DNA of 64,000 nucleotides from an uncultured Deferribacteres bacterium (GCA_964014485.1 CAXHAT010000012.1:204-64203), one strand, 5' to 3'; shown: positions 42,365 through 53,086, numbered from the stretch's first letter. Notes: generated from the letters alone by a model not told the origin. Numbers and translations are program-made.

Positions 42365-42562
42365 AAGACTTGCCGCCTTTTGTTGATTTTTTTGCGCCGC
42401 AATCTAAAATGAAATTCATTCTTATGCCAGTGATATTCTTGCTCAACGTTTAGCCGTAAAAAGCTTCTGAAAAACTTGCTCTTCGTCGATCGCGCTGATT
42501 TATGCGGTTGGCTCGATTCGTTCGTAAATAGGTGAAACAAAATAAGCTTTTTACAATTCAGT

Positions 42563-43666
42563 GTGTTTACGAAATTTATGCAAATCTTAAAAACCATGCC
42601 CGTTGAGGCGAACAAAGGAGCAACGACGGACAAAAAAAGCGCCAAGGCTTTGTTGATGATCGATTGGGCGCCGGAAAAGGGGTGCAGTTTAGCGGATCGA
42701 CTCAATGACAACGGGATAGAGTGCGACGTCATTGGAGTCGATTTTCCGTTAGCCAAATGGACGCCGATGCGCAAGTTTTTTTCTCATTGGTCGCGATGTA
42801 TTGCCGTCGGCTGGAAAGCCTTTCGCCTAAGAAAAAACTACGACTATATCATTGCCTGGCAACAAATAATGGGGTTTGTGTTCGGATTTTTGAAGGTTTT
42901 GACTAGAGCGAAGAAACCTGGATTGTTCATTTTAACCTCAAATATTACCGAGCGAAAAAACCCGTTTTTTGGCTGGATTCGCAAGATGATGGTCAGGTTG
43001 GCTTGGGCCGGGGCTGACGAAGTTGGGTTTTACTCTGAAAAGCTAAAAAATAGTGTTGCGGCCAGCTTTAACCTGCCTAAAAAGAAAGCCGTCCATTTGC
43101 CTTACACAATCAACGTCAGAAATTTCCAGCCCGAGCCGGTTGAGAAGCTCGAAAGTTACATCTTTTCTATCGGGATTAGTTATCGCGATTGGAAAACACT
43201 CCTCGCCGCAGCCGCGAAATTGCCGCAGAGAAAATTTGTTTTAGTGACGCAAGAATTTACCTTGCAAGGACTTAGCGTCCCCGAGAACGTTGAGTGTTGG
43301 CACAATACCTTTGGGCAAAAAGCGAAAGATCTAATGAGTCAGGCCAGCGTCATTCTTACACCTCTGCAATTTACCGATTCGCCTGCGGGCGAAGCGACAT
43401 TGCTGGAAGGTATGGCGTTCGAAAAACCGTCGATCGTTACACGAACGGTGACGACGGGAGAATATGTGAATGACAAAATCGACGGTCTATTAATTCCCGA
43501 TCATGACGCTGATGCGATGGTTGAAGCTATTGAGTATTTGTACTCCAATCCGGAAAGCGCGCAACAAATTGGAAAGCAAGCTCGCGAACGCGTTCTCGAG
43601 TTCTACTCAATGGAAGCCTTTGCTGCCCGGATCGCAGATATTGTTCGAGAAAGACTGAAAAAATAG
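42563..43666 (+). CDS. Glycosyltransferase (GT-B, group 1/GT4-like)
   Basis: The C-terminal half has the 'EATLLEGMAFEKPSIVTRT...GEYVNDKIDGLLIP' EX7E-type motif. The start is uncertain (GTG 42563, or ATG 42578/42596). Confidence 0.75.
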   Translation: MFTKFMQILKTMPVEANKGATTDKKSAKALLMIDWAPEKGCSLADRLNDNGIECDVIGVDFPLAKWTPMRKFFSHWSRCIAVGWKAFRLRKNYDYIIAWQQIMGFVFGFLKVLTRAKKPGLFILTSNITERKNPFFGWIRKMMVRLAWAGADEVGFYSEKLKNSVAASFNLPKKKAVHLPYTINVRNFQPEPVEKLESYIFSIGISYRDWKTLLAAAAKLPQRKFVLVTQEFTLQGLSVPENVECWHNTFGQKAKDLMSQASVILTPLQFTDSPAGEATLLEGMAFEKPSIVTRTVTTGEYVNDKIDGLLIPDHDADAMVEAIEYLYSNPESAQQIGKQARERVLEFYSMEAFAARIADIVRERLKK

Positions 43667-43917
43667 CTTTAAATTTGCGCCCTCGATTGGTTTCAATAAT
43701 CGATTCCTTCCCAGACTTCGGTCTTGCCCAATGAACGCATTGCGGCGATGCTCAAGAACGGCGTCTGGCGGTCGCCTGAGCCATAACTCTCCGCAAGGAA
43801 TATTTAGTTTGCGCCAAACGCTTCTGCTCCAAGAAGTTAAAAAGCGTTTGTGTTGATGTCATTCGGGGGTTACATTGCCGTTCAATGTCAGAATAAATTC
43901 TTCATCAAGGAAAAGAT

Positions 43918-44394
43918 ATGGCGGCGTGGAAAATCGATCAAATTGACAAGAAGATTTTGGAGGTGCTGCAGCGTGAGGGACGAAAAAAGCGAAATATGCT
44001 TGCGGAAGAAGTAAAGCTTTCGTTGCCTTCTGTAAGCGAGCGATTAAGAAAGCTCGAAGCAAACGGCGTGATTCGAGGATATGGCGCTCTTGTTGATCAG
44101 CACAAAGTCGGGCTCGACTTGACGGCTTTCATTTTTGTGATTTCAGAATCTTCGTCGCATTACGCTGAAATCGTTGAGCGCGCCATGATGCATGAAGAAA
44201 TCATGGAGTGCCATGCGGTTACCGGACAAGGGTCGCATTTGTTAAAAGTAAGAACGCGGAATACGGCCTCGCTGGAAAAAATCCTGTCACAAATCCAACA
44301 ATGGCCCGGGGTGAAAAACACAATCACGGATATCGTGCTCTCCAGCCCAAAGGAAAGCATGGCGGTTTCATTGAAACACCTGCCTCAAAAGTGA
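43918..44394 (+). CDS. Lrp/AsnC family transcriptional regulator
   Basis: The HTH region is 'IDKKILEVLQREGRKKRNMLAEEVKLSLPSVSERLRKLEANGVIRGY', followed by a C-terminal RAM-like domain. Confidence 0.9.
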   Translation: MAAWKIDQIDKKILEVLQREGRKKRNMLAEEVKLSLPSVSERLRKLEANGVIRGYGALVDQHKVGLDLTAFIFVISESSSHYAEIVERAMMHEEIMECHAVTGQGSHLLKVRTRNTASLEKILSQIQQWPGVKNTITDIVLSSPKESMAVSLKHLPQK

Positions 44395-44476
44395 CCCTTC
44401 GCTTGGAATTCTTAAATTACGCTCGAAATAAGCCTCCGGGAGTGCCCGAATTCCCATAACGATTTAGATCGACTGC

Positions 44477-45565
44477 ATGGATTCTTTGATTTTTCTTGTC
44501 ATCAGCGGCGTTCTGGCCTTTGGAGCTGCGAATATCGCCGTCAATTTTTTTGCAAAGATCGCTGCGCGATTCGGCGTCGTTGACCGGCCAGGCGTGAGAA
44601 AAACACACGAAAGCGCAACGCCTCTCTTGGGCGGACTTGCAATAATGAGCTCTGTCTTTTTATTGCTGCTGCTCCCGGACATTTCTCTCGAATTGGATCG
44701 TATGACAGTCCCTAACGATTTAACTCGCATACTTGAAGACTTTTCGCTAGTGGAGATAGGCCGCAATGTGGAATTCATCGGAATAGCAGCAGGCGCTGTG
44801 CTGATGGGGGTGACCGGGTTAATTGACGATGTTCTCGAATCCGGCGTTCCCGCGTGGGCGAAGTTGTTTATTCAGATTTTTTGCGCCGCAGGAGTGGTCT
44901 TGGCGGGATTGACAGCTCCTGTCTTTAACAACTCAATGCTCGACGCCGTACTCACGATCATTTGGATCGTTGGGGTTACGAACGCTTTTAATCTTTTGGA
45001 TAACATGGACGGGCTATCTTCCAGTATAGCTCTGGTTGCTAGTGGTTTTTTGTTCTATTTTTCGCTCGCTTTGTCGCAGCACTGGCTCGCGTTCTTTTGG
45101 ATTGTCTTCATTGGCGGCGTTTTTGGCTTCTTCCGACAAAATTTTTTCAAAGCCAAGATTTTTATGGGCGATTCCGGCAGCCTGTTTATCGGATTTATTA
45201 TTGCGACCGTTTCAATATTTTTAACTGCATTGCTTCTGGAAGACGGAGTGGCGGGGAAAATGACTTTGTTGACGCCGATCCTTGTATTGGCGGTTCCAAT
45301 TTATGATACGTTTTCTGTGATCATCATCAGGCTTAGGGAAGGACGGTCAGTGTTTGTGGGAGACCAGAGCCACATTTCTCACCGACTTGTTGCGTTGGGC
45401 TTTTCGCGGCGGAACGCCGTTCTGGTCATTGGCGCGGCTGCAATTTTTAGCGGGGCGCTGAGCGTGTTTGTTTTTCATAACAAAATTTGGGCTGCGTTGA
45501 CTCTTGGGGGCGTCGGTGCGCTTTTAGGGGTGCTTTGGCTGAAATTTATAAAACCAGGTTTTTGA
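44477..45565 (+). CDS. Polyprenyl-phosphate sugar-1-phosphate transferase (MraY/WecA glycosyltransferase family 4)
   Basis: It is a multi-TM protein with 'VTNAFNLLDNMDGL' and 'IFMGDSGSLFIGF' motifs. Confidence 0.85.
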   Translation: MDSLIFLVISGVLAFGAANIAVNFFAKIAARFGVVDRPGVRKTHESATPLLGGLAIMSSVFLLLLLPDISLELDRMTVPNDLTRILEDFSLVEIGRNVEFIGIAAGAVLMGVTGLIDDVLESGVPAWAKLFIQIFCAAGVVLAGLTAPVFNNSMLDAVLTIIWIVGVTNAFNLLDNMDGLSSSIALVASGFLFYFSLALSQHWLAFFWIVFIGGVFGFFRQNFFKAKIFMGDSGSLFIGFIIATVSIFLTALLLEDGVAGKMTLLTPILVLAVPIYDTFSVIIIRLREGRSVFVGDQSHISHRLVALGFSRRNAVLVIGAAAIFSGALSVFVFHNKIWAALTLGGVGALLGVLWLKFIKPGF

Positions 45566-45568
45566 GAT

Positions 45569-46237
45569 ATGGTTCAGTCGGCGGAACGACTCGATAAACA
45601 GATCAGACTCACCGAGATTTTCTATTCTATTCAAGGAGAGTCGAGTTACGCGGGGCTGCCTTGTATCTTTATTCGCACAAACGGTTGCGATTTGCGATGC
45701 ACATGGTGCGACACGCCCTATTCATTCCACGGCGGCGAGAAATGGACAGTTCAGAAAATACTAGATCACATTCAGCAATGGCCTTGCAAGTTGGTCGAAC
45801 TAACCGGCGGAGAACCTTTGCTTCAAAAACATATCCCATTGCTGGCCGACCAACTTTTAGACTTGGGTTATACCGTATTGATCGAGACCGGAGGCCACCG
45901 GGATGTTTCCGTTCTGGATGATCGTGTGATCAAAATCATGGATATTAAATGTCCGGGCAGCGGAGAAAGCGAAAAAAATCTGTGGCAAAACCTGAAATAT
46001 TTGACCGCCGCCGACCAAGTCAAATTTGTCATTCAAAACCGCGAAGACTATGAGTGGGCGAAGCAGGTGGTTGAAGCGCATCATTTGGAAGGCGGGGCGC
46101 AACTTCTTTTTTCTCCGGTTTTTGGAAAAATGGATTACGAAACGCTGGCGAATTGGATTCTCGCGGACGGTTTGAAAGCGAGATTTCAGATGCAGTTGCA
46201 CAAATATATTTGGGAGCCGGATCGGAAGGGCGTGTGA
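45569..46237 (+). CDS. queE: 7-carboxy-7-deazaguanine synthase (radical SAM)
   Basis: 'EIFYSIQGESSYAGLPCIFIRTNGCDLRCTWCDTPY' carries the CX3CX2C-type cluster motif and the QueE N-terminus. Confidence 0.9.
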   Translation: MVQSAERLDKQIRLTEIFYSIQGESSYAGLPCIFIRTNGCDLRCTWCDTPYSFHGGEKWTVQKILDHIQQWPCKLVELTGGEPLLQKHIPLLADQLLDLGYTVLIETGGHRDVSVLDDRVIKIMDIKCPGSGESEKNLWQNLKYLTAADQVKFVIQNREDYEWAKQVVEAHHLEGGAQLLFSPVFGKMDYETLANWILADGLKARFQMQLHKYIWEPDRKGV

Positions 46238-46489
46238 ACAATTTTGCGACAAAATGCCAATACATGCGCCGCAAAAAAGTTGCACGGCTCTTAATAGCTA
46301 TGAATAACAATGCCTTAGCGTCTTTTTAGTCTCTCATCTTCGGGCCGATCCAAGCAAGTTCTAAATATTTATGCAACGGGTATGATTATAGCAAAAACTA
46401 ATAAAAACAATGTTTTGCGTGTAGTATTTTGTGAAGTCGTGATTTTTGGAACGCCTCTTGCTTTAGTTGAAAATGATTGTGCTTTTAAT

Positions 46490-46635
46490 AAGCCACAACT
46501 CACTCCTCTGATTTGTCGCCGAGCCACCCTCAGGTTTCGGCGGCTGGTTCACCTGCGTAACATAGGGGATTTCTCCAGTGATCCCCAACCCCAACGAAGC
46601 CATCTCAAGTCGGCGTGAGATGGCTTCAGTTTTTA
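46490..46635 (+). ncRNA. Candidate small RNA (three hairpins ending in an intrinsic terminator)
   Basis: Hairpin 1 is gtcgccga/tcggcggc (46515-46544). Hairpin 2 is ggggat/atcccc (46565-46586). The third is the terminator hairpin at 46597-46628 plus a T-run. The region is otherwise non-coding, >350 nt from queE and >400 nt from the next gene. The 5' end is not defined. Confidence 0.3.
46597..46635 (+). terminator. Rho-independent terminator
   Basis: A 12-bp perfect stem gaagccatctca/tgagatggcttc has loop agtcggcg and is followed by 'agttttt'. The reverse strand lacks a T-run. Confidence 0.7.
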
Positions 46636-47062
46636 TGACCTATTCTGCATAAAACGCGATTTGATTCTACATCACTAGTCTGATGATTTTATCATTCGAA
46701 TATTTCAAGTCCGTTTGAACAGACCTACCATAAGTTTAAAAGCTGAAAATTGCATTCTTGGATTAAGTTTTGAGCAAACGGATTTGTGGTTTTGTTTGAG
46801 AAAGCTTTGAAAAGCCGTACTCGATTCAGCGCATTAGCGGCAGCAGAATTGTCTTGACTCTCACTCGATTTGATCGTAGCTTGATGGCCGATTTTCGGCC
46901 ACTTTTTTGCTTGGCGGGATTGAGGATTAAGAACAATTCGGCCCTGACTGCTTCGTTTTGGAAGGGAGCGGAATAGATACGGAAACGCATTGCTTTCGTA
47001 GGTAACACCGCAATTTATACAGAGAAGGATTTTCTGTAATAAATACATTTTGATCAATAGTA

Positions 47063-48046
47063 TTGAGGACCGCCTTGGAATTAGAGAAAAACGGGCGAAT
47101 ACTTGTTGTTGATGACGTTGAAGCAAACGTTAATTTGCTGACAACGCATCTACGAGCAGTCGGTTACTATGTGATTCCCGCAAGGGACGGCGAGGAAGCA
47201 CTATCGAAAATCGGCGACGCCCAGCCAGACTTGATTCTCCTTGACATTATGATGCCGAAGCTGAACGGCTTTAAAGTCTGCGAACGCATCAAATCCAACA
47301 ACGCAACAAAATATATCCCCGTGATTATGGTCACGGCGCTAAATGATATTGAGGATAAAATTAAAGGTCAGGAAGCTGGCGCCGATGATTTTATCAGCAA
47401 GCCTTTTAATAAGCTTGAGCTTTTGACGCGCGTAAAATCGCTTCTGAGGATCAAGTCCCTTCATGATCAACTCAATGAAAAAATCGCTGAACTTGAGGTC
47501 GCCAAAGAAAGGCTGCGGCTTTTGGCAAATACCGACGGCTTGACGCGCCTTTATAACCACCGTTATTTCAAAGATTTTTTGATGCGTGAACTGGATCGGG
47601 CCGGTCGCCATCAATTGAGCATATCAGTGGTTATGATCGATATAGATTATTTTAAGCATTACAACGATACGAACGGCCATCAGGCGGGCGACCATCTATT
47701 GCGAAAAATTGCCCGGCTTTTTGCTGAAAATATCCGCAAAATTGACATGGCGGCTCGCTACGGCGGCGAAGAGTTTGCGTTGGTATTGTTGGAAACCAAC
47801 AAAACTTCGGCTGCGATTGCCGCCGAAAAGATTCGCGGCATTGTCGAAGAATTCCATTTTGAACACGAAGAAACGCAGCCCAACGGTAAAATTACGATCA
47901 GCATGGGCGTGGCGACCTACCCGGAAGACGCAACGAGCTTTGATCTTTTAATCGGCTGCGCTGACAGGCGCTTGTATTTTGCAAAAGAAAACGGTCGCAA
48001 TCAGACTTGCTCAGACGAGATGGTAATGAGTAGAATTGGGGAATAG
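47063..48046 (+). CDS. Response regulator receiver + GGDEF diguanylate cyclase (PleD-like)
   Basis: The receiver is 'ILVVDDVEANVNLL...DLILLDIMMPKLNG'. The GGDEF domain has 'RYGGEEFALVL' and an upstream 'RLYNHRYF'. TTG start. Confidence 0.9.
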   Translation: MRTALELEKNGRILVVDDVEANVNLLTTHLRAVGYYVIPARDGEEALSKIGDAQPDLILLDIMMPKLNGFKVCERIKSNNATKYIPVIMVTALNDIEDKIKGQEAGADDFISKPFNKLELLTRVKSLLRIKSLHDQLNEKIAELEVAKERLRLLANTDGLTRLYNHRYFKDFLMRELDRAGRHQLSISVVMIDIDYFKHYNDTNGHQAGDHLLRKIARLFAENIRKIDMAARYGGEEFALVLLETNKTSAAIAAEKIRGIVEEFHFEHEETQPNGKITISMGVATYPEDATSFDLLIGCADRRLYFAKENGRNQTCSDEMVMSRIGE

Positions 48047-48118
48047 GAGATCGCGGGACGCCTGTGAAAGCGGCTGTGCTTTCAAGATTGTTCTGCGGGA
48101 GAGTTTTTAGGTAAACTT

Positions 48119-49615
48119 ATGGATTTATTGTTTTTTCGACGGCGTACGCTTTTCAGGCGCCTTTTCTTTGTGACCCTCGCGGTTTCCGTTCTGCCGCTTA
48201 TCATCACCTGGATCTATTTTCTGAAAGAGATCGCTCAAGATGTTGTTCTCGATCAGAAGGCCTCCCTGCCTTTCTACGGAATGCTGGCGTTCACGATTCT
48301 GCTCAGTACAATCGGCGCTTGGTATTTTTCCAAGAAGATCAGTCGCCCGATTGGCTATTTTACGCGTTCCGCGACCGAGATCGCTCGCGGAAATTTCGAG
48401 CAAACAATTGAAATCGACTCCAACGATGAGATCGGCCGGCTCGCGAAAATTTTCAATTACATGACAACGGAATTGCGTCGTCTCAACGAAATGAATTTGA
48501 GCCAAATCATTCGTGAGAGAAAGAAGACGCAAACGATCATCCGCAACATTTTTGACGGCGTGGTGGTTACGGATCTTGATTTTCGAATTTTGTTGGTCAA
48601 TCAGGTCGCAGAACGGCTGTTTGGCATTCGTGAGAAAGCGGCTGTCAACAAGCCGATCAATCAGGTCATCCACAATAAACCCTTGCTCGACTTTTTGCAT
48701 TCCTTGTCATTCGATGACGATTCTCATGAAAACATCCGCGAAATAAAACTCAAAAACCCGGACACTTGGCGCGATATTTATCTGCAAGCAAGGGCGGCCC
48801 GCGTCATCGGCGAAGGGGACGAGGTTATCGGCGTTGTCACGACAATTCGGGATATTACGCGCGAAAAAGAAATCGACAAAATGAAAACGGAATTGGTTTC
48901 GATGGTGGCGCATGAACTGCGCTCTCCGTTGACTTCAGTTTCGGGATTCAGCGAATTATTGCTTGATGAGAGCGTTACGCGAGAGCAATCTGTTGAGTAT
49001 GCCGCTATCATTTTGAAAGAAGCGAATCGATTGAGCGAGTTGATCAATAAGTTCCTCGATATTTCAAAAATTGAAGCAGGCAAAAGCCAGGTGAAGAAGG
49101 CGCCTGTTCAGCTTCGCGAAATCGTGGACAAAGTTTTGGATGTAAACCTGTATCAGGCGGAAAAAAGCAATATCGCCGTTTCGTTGAAAGTCTCCAACAA
49201 TCTGCCAATGGTTTACGCTGACCGCGACATGATAGAGCAAGTCGTGCTCAATTTATTTAGCAATGCGGTCAAGTACAGCCCCGAAAACGCCGCGGTAGAA
49301 ATTCGCCTCAAAGAATTTGACGCTGAGATTGCCGTCGAAATTGAAGATACGGGCTACGGCATTTCCGAAGACGCATTGCCGCGAATCTTTGATAAATTTT
49401 ATCGCGCCACCGATAACGAAAAAGTGCGAGACGTGAGCGGTACGGGCTTGGGTCTTTCGCTTGTTAAAGAAATTGTTGAGCTGCACGGCGGTCGGGTCAT
49501 CGTTCGAAGTAAAGTCGGCAAAGGCTCTACCTTCGGATTTGTGCTTCCCAAATACGAGCCGCTTCCGGAAACAGGTGAAAGCGCTTCAGTTGAAGTCAGC
49601 ATGGTTGCACAATAA
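48119..49615 (+). CDS. Sensor histidine kinase (TM-HAMP-PAS-HisKA-HATPase)
   Basis: It has two TM segments, HAMP 'EIGRLAKIFNYMTTELRR', H-box 'MVAHELRSPLTSV' and G-box 'GTGLGLSLVKEIVELHGG'. Confidence 0.9.
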   Translation: MDLLFFRRRTLFRRLFFVTLAVSVLPLIITWIYFLKEIAQDVVLDQKASLPFYGMLAFTILLSTIGAWYFSKKISRPIGYFTRSATEIARGNFEQTIEIDSNDEIGRLAKIFNYMTTELRRLNEMNLSQIIRERKKTQTIIRNIFDGVVVTDLDFRILLVNQVAERLFGIREKAAVNKPINQVIHNKPLLDFLHSLSFDDDSHENIREIKLKNPDTWRDIYLQARAARVIGEGDEVIGVVTTIRDITREKEIDKMKTELVSMVAHELRSPLTSVSGFSELLLDESVTREQSVEYAAIILKEANRLSELINKFLDISKIEAGKSQVKKAPVQLREIVDKVLDVNLYQAEKSNIAVSLKVSNNLPMVYADRDMIEQVVLNLFSNAVKYSPENAAVEIRLKEFDAEIAVEIEDTGYGISEDALPRIFDKFYRATDNEKVRDVSGTGLGLSLVKEIVELHGGRVIVRSKVGKGSTFGFVLPKYEPLPETGESASVEVSMVAQ

Positions 49616-49778
49616 GCGCGCTTTCGGCGTTTCAAAGTCCTTCAAAGATCAACACAAGATAATTCGAGAACTCTCTCCAGGCTGCACACCCCGCTTCCTC
49701 GAATTTCGCCGAAAAAGCGATTCATAGATATTTCAAATAATTTTTTACTCAATTTGCCGGGGGCGGACGGAATGAGCT

Positions 49779-51701
49779 ATGGCGAAAACTTCACGTAATT
49801 CCGAACCTAAACTCATCCTGCTTGTCGAAGACGAGCAGGAAACGGTCAATATTACGCGCAAAATTCTCGAGCGTGCGGGATACAAATTTGTGTCTGCGCC
49901 GGACGGTGAAAAAGCGTTGCTGGCGACGCTTGAGTCAAGACCTGATCTTGTTTTGTTGGACTTGCTCATGCCTGTGATGGACGGGCAAGAATTTCTCAAA
50001 GAACTGACAAACAATATCAAGTACCGCGCCGTCAGCGATACGCCGGTGATTATGCTGACCGCGAGTACTGGAGACGACGTTGATCGGCAAGAACTGTTCG
50101 AATTGGGGCTGAGCGCTTTTCTGGTGAAGCCGTTTGGTCCCCGAGAATTGCTCAATGTCATCGATAACGTTTTTATTTTAGACAAACTGAAGAAGAGAAA
50201 TAAAGACCTTGAGCGGAAAATTCGCCAGACCGAGTACAAGTACCAGGATTTGATTGAGAATGCCAGCGATCTGATTTTTACCCTGAATGCGGAAGCAAAA
50301 TTTATTTTTATCAATCGGCGGCTCATGGCGCTATCCGGGCATATTCGCGATCACTGGCTTGGGAAAGATTTCCGACAGTTGATTCAACCCGAAGACCGCG
50401 AATCCGCGTTTGAAAATTTCAAAAATACCATGTTCGGCAGATCACGTATTTTTGAAATGCGAATTTTTACCCGCGACCGCCAAACACGCTATCTCTCTAC
50501 AAATTTGAACCCGATATTTGAGCAGGGCAAAGTGGTTGGGGCCGTTGCAATCGCGCGCGACGTCACGCAGCAGAAGAAGCTGGAGCAGCAAATCACCGAA
50601 CTCAAGAACTTCAATGAAAGCATCATCCAAAGCATCGGTTCCGGATTAATCACTATAGATTTGCGCCACAGGATTACTTCTTTCAATCAAAGCGCTGAAG
50701 AAATTCTCGGTTATGAAGCGAGCAATGTTGTCAGTAAGAATTTAGAAGAACTTTTCGCCCCGGACGAGCTTGAAAAATTGCTGCCGTTCGCAGAACAAGG
50801 TGAAAACGGGCAGAATCTCATGAATCGGGAGATTGAGATTTCGACCAAGGATAACAGCAAAATTCATATCGGGTTTTCGATCACAGACCGCAAGGACAAC
50901 GAGAATCGGCGCCTGGGACACATCATTTCTTTCCGCGATATTACTGAAATCAAGCAAATGCAAGCGGAAGTCATCAGAATGGATCGTCTGGCTTCTCTCG
51001 GCGTGCTGGCTTCCGGCATTGCGCACGAAATTCGAAATCCTTTGGCTGGAATCAAGACTGTTGCACAAACTTTGGAAGAGGAGATCGAGGAAGGAGACGC
51101 GAAACGCGAGTACTTGGCGCGAATTATCCGGCAAGTTAACAGAATGGATGAATTGCTGCGCGCTTTTTTCTCTTATGCTCGCCCGCGCTCGCCCGTGCGC
51201 AAATTCTATCGTTTACAGGAAATTGTACATGAAGTCACTGCGCTTTTGAACCAAAGGTTAAACAAGCAAAAGATTGAATTGGTTGAAGAATATGATGAAG
51301 CGCTGGAATTGCTCTACGTTGATTTTCATCAAATTCAGCAAGTGCTGTTCAATCTTTTTATCAATGCCATTGACGCGATGCCGGACGGCGGGCAGCTTAA
51401 AATCTTTGCCAAGCAAATTTCATCTCGGCTTTATCGAATGGACCGGCGCGGGAAAAAACATCCGGTGGCGAATCGTTCCATGCAGTTCGCGGAGATCAAG
51501 ATTAGCGACACGGGGGATGGCATCGAAGGGGATAAGCTTGCGCAGATATTCGACCCTTTTTTCACGACAAAGCCACAGGGTTCAGGCTTAGGGCTGTCGA
51601 TTGTTTATCGCATAATGGAAGAGCATAACGGGGATATTCAGGTGGAAAGCGAGCCGGAGAAGGGAACGGAATTTAAACTTTTGCTGCCGACGGAGGAATG
51701 A
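49779..51701 (+). CDS. Hybrid receiver-PAS-PAS-histidine kinase
   Basis: It has an N-terminal receiver 'LILLVEDEQE...LVLLDLLMPVMDG', an H-box 'GIAHEIRNPLAGI' and 'GSGLGLSIVYRIMEEHNG'. Confidence 0.9.
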   Translation: MAKTSRNSEPKLILLVEDEQETVNITRKILERAGYKFVSAPDGEKALLATLESRPDLVLLDLLMPVMDGQEFLKELTNNIKYRAVSDTPVIMLTASTGDDVDRQELFELGLSAFLVKPFGPRELLNVIDNVFILDKLKKRNKDLERKIRQTEYKYQDLIENASDLIFTLNAEAKFIFINRRLMALSGHIRDHWLGKDFRQLIQPEDRESAFENFKNTMFGRSRIFEMRIFTRDRQTRYLSTNLNPIFEQGKVVGAVAIARDVTQQKKLEQQITELKNFNESIIQSIGSGLITIDLRHRITSFNQSAEEILGYEASNVVSKNLEELFAPDELEKLLPFAEQGENGQNLMNREIEISTKDNSKIHIGFSITDRKDNENRRLGHIISFRDITEIKQMQAEVIRMDRLASLGVLASGIAHEIRNPLAGIKTVAQTLEEEIEEGDAKREYLARIIRQVNRMDELLRAFFSYARPRSPVRKFYRLQEIVHEVTALLNQRLNKQKIELVEEYDEALELLYVDFHQIQQVLFNLFINAIDAMPDGGQLKIFAKQISSRLYRMDRRGKKHPVANRSMQFAEIKISDTGDGIEGDKLAQIFDPFFTTKPQGSGLGLSIVYRIMEEHNGDIQVESEPEKGTEFKLLLPTEE

Positions 51702-53086
51702 GTTTTACGGTGAAAGCGAATTTACTGATTGTTGAGGATAATATCGATCTTTGCCAGACTTTGGCGGATGTTTTTCGCAAAGTGGAGTATAACGTTCAAA
51801 CGGCCAATTCCGCGAAGGAAGCGGAGACGGTCTTAAAAGCTGAAATTATCGATTTGGTTTTGCTTGACCTTCAGCTTCCCGATGCGAGCGGTTTGGAAGT
51901 GTTGGCGCAAATCAAAGAGATTGATCCTGATATTTTGGTGATCATCATCACCGCGAACACGGACGTTCGGCCAGCCGTTGAATCTATGAAGCGCGGGGCG
52001 TACGATTATCTGATGAAGCCGTTCGAGCTTGTTGAAGTGAGGATGGTTGTTGAAAAAGCGCTGGAGACGCAGAGCCTGAAGAGGGAAGTGTCGAGAATTC
52101 GCAGGGAGCAGGAGATTCAAAACCCTTCGATGGAAATGTACGGCGAGAGCCCGGCGCTGGAAGAAGTCAAAAAGTACATCAAAATGGTGGCGGAAACGCC
52201 CAGAACGCCGGTTTTGATTGAAGGGGAGAGCGGCACTGGAAAGGAGCTTGTCGCGAATGCCGTCCACAATTGGAGCGCACGCCGTGATAAGCCGCTGATA
52301 AAAATTAACTGTGCGGCTATTCCGGAAAATTTGCTGGAATCAGAATTGTTTGGCCATGAACGCGGCGCCTTTACAGATGCAAAAACGCTGAAAAAAGGCA
52401 TGTTTGAAATGGCGCATCCAGGGACGATTTTTCTGGATGAGATTTCCAGTATGAGTCTCTCCTTGCAGCCGAAACTGCTGCGTATTCTCGAAACGCAGAC
52501 TTTTAAACGCATCGGGGGGATGGCGGACATTCAATTGGACGTTCGAATTGTTGCGGCGAGCAACCGGAACTTGGAAGAAATGGTCAAGAACGGCGAGTTT
52601 CGGGAAGATTTGCTCTACAGGCTCAAAGTCATGGTGATTGACCTGCCTCCGCTGCGAAATCGCGTTGAAGACATTTTGCCGTTGACGCATATTTTTTTGG
52701 AGCGAAATAACAAAGAATTTGGCAAAAAAATTCAAGGCGTAAGCGAGGAAGCTAAAAAACTTTTGCAGAACTATGGCTGGCCCGGCAATGTTAGAGAATT
52801 GAAAAATGTGCTGGAGCGCGCTGTCATTCTGTGCCGCGGCGACTTCATTGGCGCCGAGCTTCTGCCCGCCGAACTGCAGCAGGACGGAAGAAGCAAGGCG
52901 TCGGCAAGCGAACCTGGAGTCAATGCCAATCTCTATGAAGACGCAACTTCATTAGCTGAAATGGAAAAAAAACACATCGCATTTACGTTAGAGCGTTGCG
53001 GCGGTAACAAGTCGAAGACGGCGCGCGAATTGGGGATTTCCCGATCAACTTTGCGAGAAAAAATGAAGCTTTACGAAATTCAGTGA
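51698..53086 (+). CDS. Sigma-54-dependent response regulator (NtrC family)
   Basis: It combines a receiver, an AAA+ domain ('GESGTGKELVA', 'ESELFGHERGAFTDA', a GAFTGA variant) and a C-terminal Fis-type HTH 'NKSKTARELGISRSTLREKMK'. It has an ATGA overlap with the upstream kinase. Confidence 0.9.
   Translation: MSFTVKANLLIVEDNIDLCQTLADVFRKVEYNVQTANSAKEAETVLKAEIIDLVLLDLQLPDASGLEVLAQIKEIDPDILVIIITANTDVRPAVESMKRGAYDYLMKPFELVEVRMVVEKALETQSLKREVSRIRREQEIQNPSMEMYGESPALEEVKKYIKMVAETPRTPVLIEGESGTGKELVANAVHNWSARRDKPLIKINCAAIPENLLESELFGHERGAFTDAKTLKKGMFEMAHPGTIFLDEISSMSLSLQPKLLRILETQTFKRIGGMADIQLDVRIVAASNRNLEEMVKNGEFREDLLYRLKVMVIDLPPLRNRVEDILPLTHIFLERNNKEFGKKIQGVSEEAKKLLQNYGWPGNVRELKNVLERAVILCRGDFIGAELLPAELQQDGRSKASASEPGVNANLYEDATSLAEMEKKHIAFTLERCGGNKSKTARELGISRSTLREKMKLYEIQ

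Noticed and set aside
46382-47126. ORFs 46382..46618 (+, 78 aa) and 46725..47126 (-, 133 aa) in the queE / response-regulator gap.
   Set aside because: Neither has an RBS or any recognisable motif. The first runs through the hairpins and into the terminator stem, and the second overlaps the response-regulator start. The region is better explained as non-coding or sRNA.
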